A program made the position numbers and the translations under genes. 64,000 nucleotides of DNA, taken from IMG/VR virus record IMGVR_UViG_3300010167_000013. One strand, 5' to 3'. This document shows positions 19,767 to 27,908 of the stretch, piece after piece. The DNA comes from a virus. Taxonomy: Duplodnaviria > Caudoviricetes. Each line of letters opens with the position of its first letter. Within the stretch, counting starts at the first letter, position 1. The notes under the pieces were generated by a model. That model did no database searches, was not told the origin of the DNA, and saw only the letters and a list, made by a program, of their open reading frames with translations.

Positions 19767-21653
19767 ATGCCAAAAATTAAACCAGAAGGATTTATACTAG
19801 CATGTGACAAATGTCATAAAGAATTTGACTGCAGCAAACAGCAATCACGTAGGTCCAAGAGGAAAGGATACTATAGATGCAGAAGCTGTGCAAGAAAGAG
19901 TAACAATCCTATGTACACCAGAAAGTATGAGTTCATATGCAAGGATTGTGGAGTGAAGGAAACCCTTTCATATGAAGGGTATAGAACTGTAACAAAGAGA
20001 GGGTATTATCAGTGTAGAAGTTGTATTAGTAAGCAACAATATGTCGATAATCCTGATCTTGGGAATATTCATGGAGATAAAATGAATGAATATTATATCG
20101 ACAATCCTGATGCCCATAGTATCCATAGTAAAAGTTATTGGGATTCCATGGAAGATCAAGAAAGATCTTCCCGGAACAAGCAGCCGTATATTGACGATCC
20201 AATGCTATCAAAATTCCAAGGTAAACGATTATTAGAAGATAGGGAAAAATGGTTTAACTCATTATCACCTGAGGCTCAACAAGAACATATCACAAGTCAT
20301 CTTAATTCCTTGCATACCGGAAGAGACAGATACTATGAGGGACTATCAAAAGAGGATCTAATGTCTCGTAGCAAGGTTGCAACAGAAGGTTACTTCAAGT
20401 GGCTAAACGGTATGACTGATGCACAATTCTTTGAATACAATAACAAAAGGTTGGCCAAAACCGGTGGAAAAAATAATCTACACAAGAAATTCGAAAAATG
20501 GTTCGAAGAATCATATATCTCAAATCAATTTCATATCTACCCGGAATATAGGGTAATAGTTGAAGGAATCCCTAAACGTTGGGACTATGTAATATACGAT
20601 AAAGTTACCAATGAACTAGCTATGGTGGTAGATCTAGACGGTAGACGCTTTCATGGAGATTATGGAGATTATGATGGTATACATGGCAAAGAGGAATATG
20701 ACGAGCGTAGATATCAATTTATCCCCAATGGTGTAAAATTATGTATCATATACGAGGAAAGTTTCTCTAATTCATTCGATTACATGATCAAACAACTAGT
20801 ACTGAATTATGACGAATTTATTGAGGAACAATTCAAAACATGTAGAAACATACCATTCCCAAATCCTAAATACCAAGAAAAAGATCTAATTACTGCATGG
20901 AAACATTTGGGGAAAATAGATCCAAACTATAAATATCTCAAGAAGTCCACCAATAGTCGGGTGGGGGATAGAGTAATTACCCATTTCCATGAGTCCATAT
21001 ATTCAGCTAATGTGAAAGGTGATATATCACCACATGCAGCATGGTATGATGATGACCTACTGAAGAAGGTTATAATGAATAGAGTTATCTACATAAATCA
21101 TCTAAACCCAAACAAAATTCTCCAGGGATTTAACATCAGTAAGATAGCACCAAAGGTTAGTGTATTCTCAGCTGGTAGAGCTAAGTTACTCATTCACAAA
21201 TACCTCAATGACTATCAAGTTGTATTTGATCCATTCAGTGGGTTCAGTGGTAGAATGTTGGGTACACTAGCATTGGGTAAACAGTATGTAGGACAGGACA
21301 TCAGTGAGATACATGTCAGGGAGTCTAATGACATCATTGAGTTTTTAGTAGCTAATAGCTGCATCGAGAGAGATATTGTTACAGTTACTTGTAGGGATAT
21401 ACTACAGTCATCAGGTGAATATGGCTGTCTATTCACATGTCCTCCATATGGTGATAAAGAACAATGGTTAGATGTCCCAGTAAGTAGGAAATCTTGTGAT
21501 GATTGGATAGACGAATGCCTACAGAGGTTCAAGTGTAACAAGTACTTGTTTGTGGTGGATAAGACTGAGAAGTATCAAAAATATATAGTAGAGACTATAA
21601 GTACCAAAAGCCACCTAAGTAAAGTTAAAGAATACGTGATATTGATATGGTAA
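19767..21653 (+). CDS. Fusion protein: two CxxC...CxxC zinc ribbons, helical repeats, Vsr/DUF559-like endonuclease, amino-DNA methyltransferase
   Basis: CDKC/CRSC/CKDC/CRSC; RWDYVI...VDLDGRRFHGD...DERR; FDPFSGFSG (SAM motif I) and TCPPY (motif IV variant). Confidence 0.75.
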   Translation: MPKIKPEGFILACDKCHKEFDCSKQQSRRSKRKGYYRCRSCARKSNNPMYTRKYEFICKDCGVKETLSYEGYRTVTKRGYYQCRSCISKQQYVDNPDLGNIHGDKMNEYYIDNPDAHSIHSKSYWDSMEDQERSSRNKQPYIDDPMLSKFQGKRLLEDREKWFNSLSPEAQQEHITSHLNSLHTGRDRYYEGLSKEDLMSRSKVATEGYFKWLNGMTDAQFFEYNNKRLAKTGGKNNLHKKFEKWFEESYISNQFHIYPEYRVIVEGIPKRWDYVIYDKVTNELAMVVDLDGRRFHGDYGDYDGIHGKEEYDERRYQFIPNGVKLCIIYEESFSNSFDYMIKQLVLNYDEFIEEQFKTCRNIPFPNPKYQEKDLITAWKHLGKIDPNYKYLKKSTNSRVGDRVITHFHESIYSANVKGDISPHAAWYDDDLLKKVIMNRVIYINHLNPNKILQGFNISKIAPKVSVFSAGRAKLLIHKYLNDYQVVFDPFSGFSGRMLGTLALGKQYVGQDISEIHVRESNDIIEFLVANSCIERDIVTVTCRDILQSSGEYGCLFTCPPYGDKEQWLDVPVSRKSCDDWIDECLQRFKCNKYLFVVDKTEKYQKYIVETISTKSHLSKVKEYVILIW

Positions 21654-21741
21654 GTTTCCGTGTATCATATATCCTACTAATTCAATGATATATTCTATAT
21701 ATGTAACAAAATAAAATATATTATACTTGGGAGGTATAATC

Positions 21742-22035
21742 ATGAACGACAACGACTTGATGACGTACAAAGAGTTTGTTGCCAGCAGAACAACAAACAG
21801 CAGTTTGATAAAAACATTCAGACCGCATCTCAAACTTACCCAGGAACATCTTGGGAGACTCTTGGGTGTAAGACAGGACACGGTCTCTAGATGGGAAAAA
21901 TCCATTGGCATCTCTGAGCATATGCCGATAAGTAAGTTGTGTAAATTTGCACAACTTTTAGGAGTTAGCGTTGAAGACCTAATGTACCGCTATAGGGCAG
22001 TCAATGACAAACTTGTTTCGGTGAGGTATCAATAA
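21742..22035 (+). CDS. XRE-family HTH transcriptional regulator
   Basis: LTQEHLGRLLGVRQDTVSRWEK; GGAGG SD before ATG 21742. Confidence 0.82.
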   Translation: MNDNDLMTYKEFVASRTTNSSLIKTFRPHLKLTQEHLGRLLGVRQDTVSRWEKSIGISEHMPISKLCKFAQLLGVSVEDLMYRYRAVNDKLVSVRYQ

Positions 22036-22072
22036 AAAATAAACCCAGGCGAATTCGCCTGGGTTTATTTTT
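22035..22072. terminator. Bidirectional palindromic terminator
   Basis: AAAAATAAACCCAGGCGAATTCGCCTGGGTTTATTTTT. Confidence 0.78.
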
Positions 22073-22788
22073 TAATAATAAATTATTTTTTCCAATGGAC
22101 TAACAGCCTCTTCATTTCCTTCAATTGAGTTGTTGATTCCAGTAGTAATCATTCTATTGATATCTTCGAATACTAGCCCGGAAAATGTCGATAGCCCTTC
22201 AACTACTCCACGTACATTCCCAGTAGCATAATCATATCCGTTAGGATTACTCTGTCTGCCATAATGCTGTCCATATCGTTCCTTGAAGTTGTTTGGATTA
22301 CGATATATACTGGCGATAATCATCTCATATATCTTTGATGGAACCTTGAAGTTTACATTGGCTATTTCTAGGTTCCTCCACCATATATCTAGAATCTTTG
22401 AATACTGCAATGTTCTAGGTAGTTTACCCATGAGCATTGTATTCAGGAAGGATTCAGCAATACCCTTCCCTTCCTGGATGGATTGATGAAGTATATATGA
22501 GTCTTTCAAATACTTTGACACAATGACCTTTATTGTCCTACCGTTTACTTTGATCTCGTCATTTGAAATATCATATGTCGAGATATTTACGATGGAAGGA
22601 ATGTTCAATAATTTGATAGGACCTTCTACCCCGTTAGCATATGATCTGATGTAGACAATTCCAATTGTCTCAAATGAATCACCCTTGTTTATTGCGAATC
22701 CATCAGCTTCATAGTCAGATGGAATATATATTTCCAGGTAATCTTTTGAGTATATTCGTCCATCCTTGGCATACAATAATTCGTTCAT
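22072..22788 (-). CDS. rpoC: Phage RNA polymerase beta-prime C-terminal fragment (possibly virion RNAP)
   Basis: YEMIIASIYR and STFSGLVFEDINRMIT...SPLEKII align by eye with beta-prime C-terminal motifs (HIEVIVRQM; SFISAASFQET). Confidence 0.6.
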   Translation of the reverse strand: MNELLYAKDGRIYSKDYLEIYIPSDYEADGFAINKGDSFETIGIVYIRSYANGVEGPIKLLNIPSIVNISTYDISNDEIKVNGRTIKVIVSKYLKDSYILHQSIQEGKGIAESFLNTMLMGKLPRTLQYSKILDIWWRNLEIANVNFKVPSKIYEMIIASIYRNPNNFKERYGQHYGRQSNPNGYDYATGNVRGVVEGLSTFSGLVFEDINRMITTGINNSIEGNEEAVSPLEKIIYY

Positions 22789-22803
22789 ATGGTCCCTCCC
22801 ATT

Positions 22804-24999
22804 TTATTGATTTATTAACTCGAAAAAGTGAGGTTGAATCGAAACGGTATCATCGAAGGGATTCTCCAGCTCATTACGTCTTTTAGAATATACTTCATCA
22901 TGAACATGTGGATTCACTGATACTAAATATTTTATTTGCTCCTCTACTCTAATAGCATCTTCGATGAATATTGATTCATATGTTACATTTTCTGTAGAAA
23001 AAAATCCTGATAGATGATCCTTTTCTGCCATACGGGTTTCCATATCTATTTCAACTGGGCCTAATATCGGATGTTCTGATTTGACGATCCCGAATATCTC
23101 TAAGTTGTCTCCAGTGTAGTAGATGTATATTGCATGTAGATAGCTCATCACACAGTCATCATGTTCCTTGGAGACAGCTTGTATTCTTCCAGTAGAGGTT
23201 CTCACCAGTTTACATATATCATCCACTAGATACTCAGTATTCAATAGCTGTTTGCATTCGTTCACATGTTTGAACAGCAACTCAAACATTGCTTCTCGAA
23301 CTTTTTTGGTCAAATAAGTTCCATACTTTTTCCAAGACTCTGCAGCTTTTCGTAATTCGTAATCTGCTTCAGATTCTTCTACCATCTGTTCAAGTTGTCT
23401 TTTTGATTCCGACCAGTAGAGATTCTCCTTGATGGATGTTTGATTCACGATCATTTGAATCAAGAAGATACCCATGGAATTCTTTTCTGGAATTATCACG
23501 GCCTTTGGAATATGTTCGTTGACTAGAGTAACAAGCACTCTGCACAAATCGGTTCCTGAAATGTAGGGACTCTTGAACTCAGCAGCCACCTGGAGATTAT
23601 ATGGGTTGATGGCCGTGATTGAGGTATTGTCTCCTCCACCTCCTGCTGCAGGATCTATTCCAACTATGTATGGTATCCTCTCATCTAAATCCTTCAAGCC
23701 ATTAATTGTTCTTCCTTGACCATGGTCGTAGAGGCGAAATCTCCACTTGTTATTCAGAATCAGATCCTTGTCAGACTTCTTCATATTTGAAATCAGGAAC
23801 TCAATATCTTCTGGACTAATTGGAGAATCTGATGAACCTCTCAGACGTTGCAGTAGTATCTCACGTCTGATAGCCATCTTGTCACCAGCTAGCTTGTACT
23901 GTTCCATTACCCAGTCATATGTTTTCCTGACCTGGTAGTAGTGATACTCCAGGTAGAATACCTCAATAACCTCACGTTCTCTGACAATAGTTTCATCAGC
24001 ATGATATTGTTCTCTGTACACAGACATGTATTCCTGAATCTGTGTTTCTGTCATATCATATATTTTTTCAGACCATGGAATCATTGATTCAATAATTGGT
24101 TTTGATTCAATTCCTTCTCTTGTGTCCAAATTTCCACAAGTTGTTGTCATCATACGACCATATGGTTTCCCTTGGCTCTTGGCATTATCGGCTGCCGTTT
24201 TGAATGCTGGAGCTGAGTTGGAAAGTAATTCCTTGAAGAATGGGGTGTGTTCTATCTCATCGAAATACAACATAGCAGCTGCAGCACCACGAGCCATACC
24301 TTGAGCATGACTCAGGCTAGCTGGTCTTGGATGTATCTCCAGCCTATTGTGAAGTAAATTGTTCTGAAGTATCTCAGTAGACTGTCTGGCTTTCTTCACC
24401 TTTCCATCGTCTGCCTGGTATCTTTTGAACTGCAACCACTCCGGTAGTAATTCTATGTAATCCCTGAGATAGGCTAAATTTCGTTTTGTATTATCTGTCT
24501 CTTTCCCGAAGAAATGTACATTCAAATTTTGAGATAACTGAAATGCCCATGCAACTATGGTAGCAATAGTTCCTGTGGTTTTCCATGTTTGACGAGGTTC
24601 ACACAAACACCAGTCATATCTTTTATCAAAACACCATAGAGCTGCAGCTAGTCCTCTATGAAGCTCAAATGGAACTATACCTTTGTCGGTTCTCATTCTA
24701 ACTACAGTTCTTGCATAAAACCATAGATTGTTCTGTAGTTCATGCATTAGGGCTTGAACTTCTTGCTTGGTTATATTTGGCTTGAATGGATCTATGTCAG
24801 CAACTCGTGGATTGATTATATACAACATGAAGTAGTAGTTCTTTATTCCAAGTACCTTCAGCTCCATTGCTGTCTGAATGAATGATTTGTTTGTTGGAGA
24901 AAAATCGAATAACTTACCATTTATTTCTCTGATATCACTAATGCTACTCACCTCCTTATTACGCACTGATTGCTTATTATCTAGGTAGTATTGGATCAT
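22804..24999 (-). CDS. terL: Terminase large subunit
   Basis: PRQTWKTT Walker A variant, LYFDE Walker B, GIDPA and HDD nuclease motifs. Confidence 0.88.
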   Translation of the reverse strand: MIQYYLDNKQSVRNKEVSSISDIREINGKLFDFSPTNKSFIQTAMELKVLGIKNYYFMLYIINPRVADIDPFKPNITKQEVQALMHELQNNLWFYARTVVRMRTDKGIVPFELHRGLAAALWCFDKRYDWCLCEPRQTWKTTGTIATIVAWAFQLSQNLNVHFFGKETDNTKRNLAYLRDYIELLPEWLQFKRYQADDGKVKKARQSTEILQNNLLHNRLEIHPRPASLSHAQGMARGAAAAMLYFDEIEHTPFFKELLSNSAPAFKTAADNAKSQGKPYGRMMTTTCGNLDTREGIESKPIIESMIPWSEKIYDMTETQIQEYMSVYREQYHADETIVREREVIEVFYLEYHYYQVRKTYDWVMEQYKLAGDKMAIRREILLQRLRGSSDSPISPEDIEFLISNMKKSDKDLILNNKWRFRLYDHGQGRTINGLKDLDERIPYIVGIDPAAGGGGDNTSITAINPYNLQVAAEFKSPYISGTDLCRVLVTLVNEHIPKAVIIPEKNSMGIFLIQMIVNQTSIKENLYWSESKRQLEQMVEESEADYELRKAAESWKKYGTYLTKKVREAMFELLFKHVNECKQLLNTEYLVDDICKLVRTSTGRIQAVSKEHDDCVMSYLHAIYIYYTGDNLEIFGIVKSEHPILGPVEIDMETRMAEKDHLSGFFSTENVTYESIFIEDAIRVEEQIKYLVSVNPHVHDEVYSKRRNELENPFDDTVSIQPHFFELINQ

Positions 25000-25004
25000 T
25001 TTTC

Positions 25005-25025
25005 AATTATATATTCTAATGTAGA
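25005..25025 (+). promoter_or_regulatory. Putative early phage promoter AATTATATATTCTAATGTAGA
   Basis: 20 nt identical to the copy at 46198-46217. Confidence 0.62.
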
Positions 25026-25041
25026 ATAATAAGAAAGGGAA

Positions 25042-25584
25042 ATGTTTATGAATGCTAATTTTGACGAAGTAGTACAGAATGAGCTTCGAGTAGTTCGAGA
25101 GCTATTGGAACGTGCTAATGTTGCACTGGAACATCTGCAGAATGGTAGAAGGGAAGAGTTTTTAAACGAAGCAGATGGTTTGTACTTGGAGTCGAACAAA
25201 GCAGATGCTAGGAATGCCCTGAGTTTTGTGAGACTCATAATGATTCACCTCTTCAAGATAATGTATGGAAGAGATGAAAGATCTTCTAATATATTAAATA
25301 GGGAAATCAGGAATTTCCGATTTGACCTAACAGATATATTGGATTGGGACAAGAATAAACGTAATACAAGAGCTATTGAGCTTGTGGAGAATGAAATAGA
25401 GATTACCTACATCAGAGCTGTTAGAAGATTTCAAAGTACCATAATTGATGAACCTTCTGGATGTAGCATCGAAAATATCAGTATGTTTCCAACAGAGTGT
25501 CCTTGGACACTATCGCAACTTATCGATAGCTCAATAGTCGAGCTAATATTATTATTTGAAGGAGAGGATGTTAATAATGGATAA
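25042..25584 (+). CDS. DUF29-like protein
   Basis: LIMIHLFKIMY...EIRNFR...Y..A...FPTECPWTLSQLID pattern. Confidence 0.65.
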   Translation: MFMNANFDEVVQNELRVVRELLERANVALEHLQNGRREEFLNEADGLYLESNKADARNALSFVRLIMIHLFKIMYGRDERSSNILNREIRNFRFDLTDILDWDKNKRNTRAIELVENEIEITYIRAVRRFQSTIIDEPSGCSIENISMFPTECPWTLSQLIDSSIVELILLFEGEDVNNG

Positions 25585-26119
25585 AATACCAGAAGATTTA
25601 CGTGAAATGATGGAAAGAGTAAATGCCAACACCGAGAATTTGCGAGTGATAAAAGAAACTCTAGCAACTATTCAGAAGGCGGTGAACTATTATGAGCTTG
25701 GTGAAAATGAGGAGTTTTGGGAAACGGTTGATGAATTATACCTGGAGTCAAACAGGAGTGTTTCTGATAACGTGCTAACGTTTCTAGAATTACTAATGTT
25801 ACACATGTTCAAACTTGCATACGGAAACAATAAAAATAGCAGTGACTATCTCATGAAAGAAATTCGTAATTTCAGGAAAGAAATTATTTGGAGAACAGCA
25901 TGGGACTTGAAGAAGAGGAGGAAAAATATCATCTCAATGGTAGTAGAACAACTAGACGTTGCATACAGTAGAGCTGTTAAGGAATTTCAATGGATACTAT
26001 CAACTTCCCAAAATGATTACTCAATTAGTACTACTAAGTCATTTGCATCAGAGTGCCCATGGTCCTTGCAGGAATTGATGGATTGTGATGTCGAAGATCT
26101 AATTTGGAGGATACAATGA
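25577..26119 (+). CDS. DUF29-like protein (tandem paralog)
   Basis: LLMLHMFKLAY...EIRNFR...AYSRA...ECPWSLQELMD; GAGG SD before ATG 25577. Confidence 0.65.
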   Translation: MDKIPEDLREMMERVNANTENLRVIKETLATIQKAVNYYELGENEEFWETVDELYLESNRSVSDNVLTFLELLMLHMFKLAYGNNKNSSDYLMKEIRNFRKEIIWRTAWDLKKRRKNIISMVVEQLDVAYSRAVKEFQWILSTSQNDYSISTTKSFASECPWSLQELMDCDVEDLIWRIQ

Positions 26120-27162
26120 AACTATTTGAGAACCAAAAACTGAATAACCCAGAAGCATACAACAAGGGATTGTTTTACCTCTATAGAGATAACATCCGGA
26201 AGGGATCTGAATTCTTCAGGAACTGCGATGAGCTATTTACCAAATGTGATTTTGAGAAACTTCATTGGGATCTGATTAAATTCTTCTCCATACGACACAA
26301 CGATCCTGACATCAATAGATTCGCTGCATGCATATATATTACATATGGTTTTGATGATGGAGTTCCTACTATGGATTACTGGCCAAACTCTTCCCATATA
26401 GAAAAGAGAACTGAGGTATTAGCGAGAATAAACGCTTTTCTCAAAGAGGATGAGGCAATACGAATAGTTAGTGATGGGGGCCTTCTAAATAATGTGAGCT
26501 ACAACTATTGTTGGCATGGTAAATGGCAATATTCGTATGCTATGGATCTAGATGACTTCCTCACCGATGAAGCTTTGGATGAAGTGGCTAAAATTCGCAA
26601 GACAAGAAAAGACGAGTATCACGATAGATGTAGTAAGAGACAAATTGCTGCATCTAATCCAGATACCCAATTATCTGAACTTCTAACATCAGGCTTTCCT
26701 GGTAAACTGATTGAGAGAACATTCGGAATAAAAACGGTAGGAGAGATGTTTGACCTGATAGCAAAAGATCAAGAGCATTTCTTCCGTAGGTTAGCAATCG
26801 CCAGAACACATGGGCATACCAATAATATTGATGAACATGTCAAGCGTACCAAGGAACTTCTACTCAAGAAGTTCAGACAGTGGGGTATTGAAATACCATC
26901 ACAGAAGGTTCTAATAAGGGAAGAACATCCTCTACTTGATATCAAGATAAGGGAGGCTGTTACTGTAGCTGAGAAGTACGGGGCGGTTAGTGGTGAAGAT
27001 CATAAACAGTGGATTATAGATCAGATGCTTCGTAGAATGCTGAATAAAGAATACAGTAAATGGGTCTCAATATACAATTCTCGTATTGATGAAAATGGTA
27101 AACCATACATACCCTGGTGTGAAGGAGTAGAAATAGAAGAGGAGAATGTTAATGAAGAATAA
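26116..27162 (+). CDS. Multidomain hypothetical protein
   Basis: Long ORF, GGAGG SD; possible alpha-CTD-like middle segment; C-terminal HKQWIIDQM phage motif. Confidence 0.6.
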   Translation: MKLFENQKLNNPEAYNKGLFYLYRDNIRKGSEFFRNCDELFTKCDFEKLHWDLIKFFSIRHNDPDINRFAACIYITYGFDDGVPTMDYWPNSSHIEKRTEVLARINAFLKEDEAIRIVSDGGLLNNVSYNYCWHGKWQYSYAMDLDDFLTDEALDEVAKIRKTRKDEYHDRCSKRQIAASNPDTQLSELLTSGFPGKLIERTFGIKTVGEMFDLIAKDQEHFFRRLAIARTHGHTNNIDEHVKRTKELLLKKFRQWGIEIPSQKVLIREEHPLLDIKIREAVTVAEKYGAVSGEDHKQWIIDQMLRRMLNKEYSKWVSIYNSRIDENGKPYIPWCEGVEIEEENVNEE

Positions 27163-27862
27163 ATTCACAAGCCATCTGGTAAAAAATAAACCTGGAAAGA
27201 AAAAGTATACCTGGTACACAGAAGAGGACATGGTTGAGTTATACGAATTCTATGGTGAACTATTTGGTGATAGCTATACAAATCTACATGAGATAGTGTC
27301 AAACGATATCCATCTAGACGTTGTGATATACAAACCATCGATTTCTCGTCAATACTGGACATTGGTAACAATGGGAGCTGGATCTCACCCAATGAAAACT
27401 ACCATGTATGATTCAGGTGGATGTAATAGAGTCGAATTGGTAATGACACTCCCAATGGACTGGCATCTGTATCTTCCAGGATGTGATGATGTGGCCTCCA
27501 CCGAAAGATGCTACTGGCCGATCAGATGGCTAAAAGACATGGGACGTGTTCTTATTAGCAATGATAGCTATTTAGATGAGGGACACACCATGGAAATGGC
27601 TGACTGGAAAGTGAAAGAATCTCAAAGTGGATTCAGCAGTTTACTGGTAATTGGCCCGGTGATAGACTCGAAGAGCGAGCCAACATATTTCCAATTTTCT
27701 GATGGAAGGAGATTACGTCTTCTCCAGGTAACACCCTTGTACAAAGAAGAATTAAATCATAAAGTTAACACTACTTCAGACAATCTATTGAATATGTTTG
27801 ATCTGAATTGGCATGTTGTTACTATTGGTAGGCCTAACATGTGTTTACAAAAGGAGCAGTAA
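27152..27862 (+). CDS. Suppressor-of-fused (SUFU) domain protein
   Basis: HEIVS.DIHLDV...WTLVTMG...ELVMTLP..W...YWPIRWLK...GHT...PLYKEEL. Confidence 0.8.
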   Translation: MKNKFTSHLVKNKPGKKKYTWYTEEDMVELYEFYGELFGDSYTNLHEIVSNDIHLDVVIYKPSISRQYWTLVTMGAGSHPMKTTMYDSGGCNRVELVMTLPMDWHLYLPGCDDVASTERCYWPIRWLKDMGRVLISNDSYLDEGHTMEMADWKVKESQSGFSSLLVIGPVIDSKSEPTYFQFSDGRRLRLLQVTPLYKEELNHKVNTTSDNLLNMFDLNWHVVTIGRPNMCLQKEQ

Positions 27863-27871
27863 TAAAGAACT

Positions 27872-27903
27872 AAAAAGAAGGGAGGCTAGCCTCCCTTCTT
27901 TTT
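27872..27903. terminator. Bidirectional palindromic terminator
   Basis: AAAAAGAAGGGAGGCTAGCCTCCCTTCTTTTT. Confidence 0.78.
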
Positions 27904-27908
27904 GTCAA

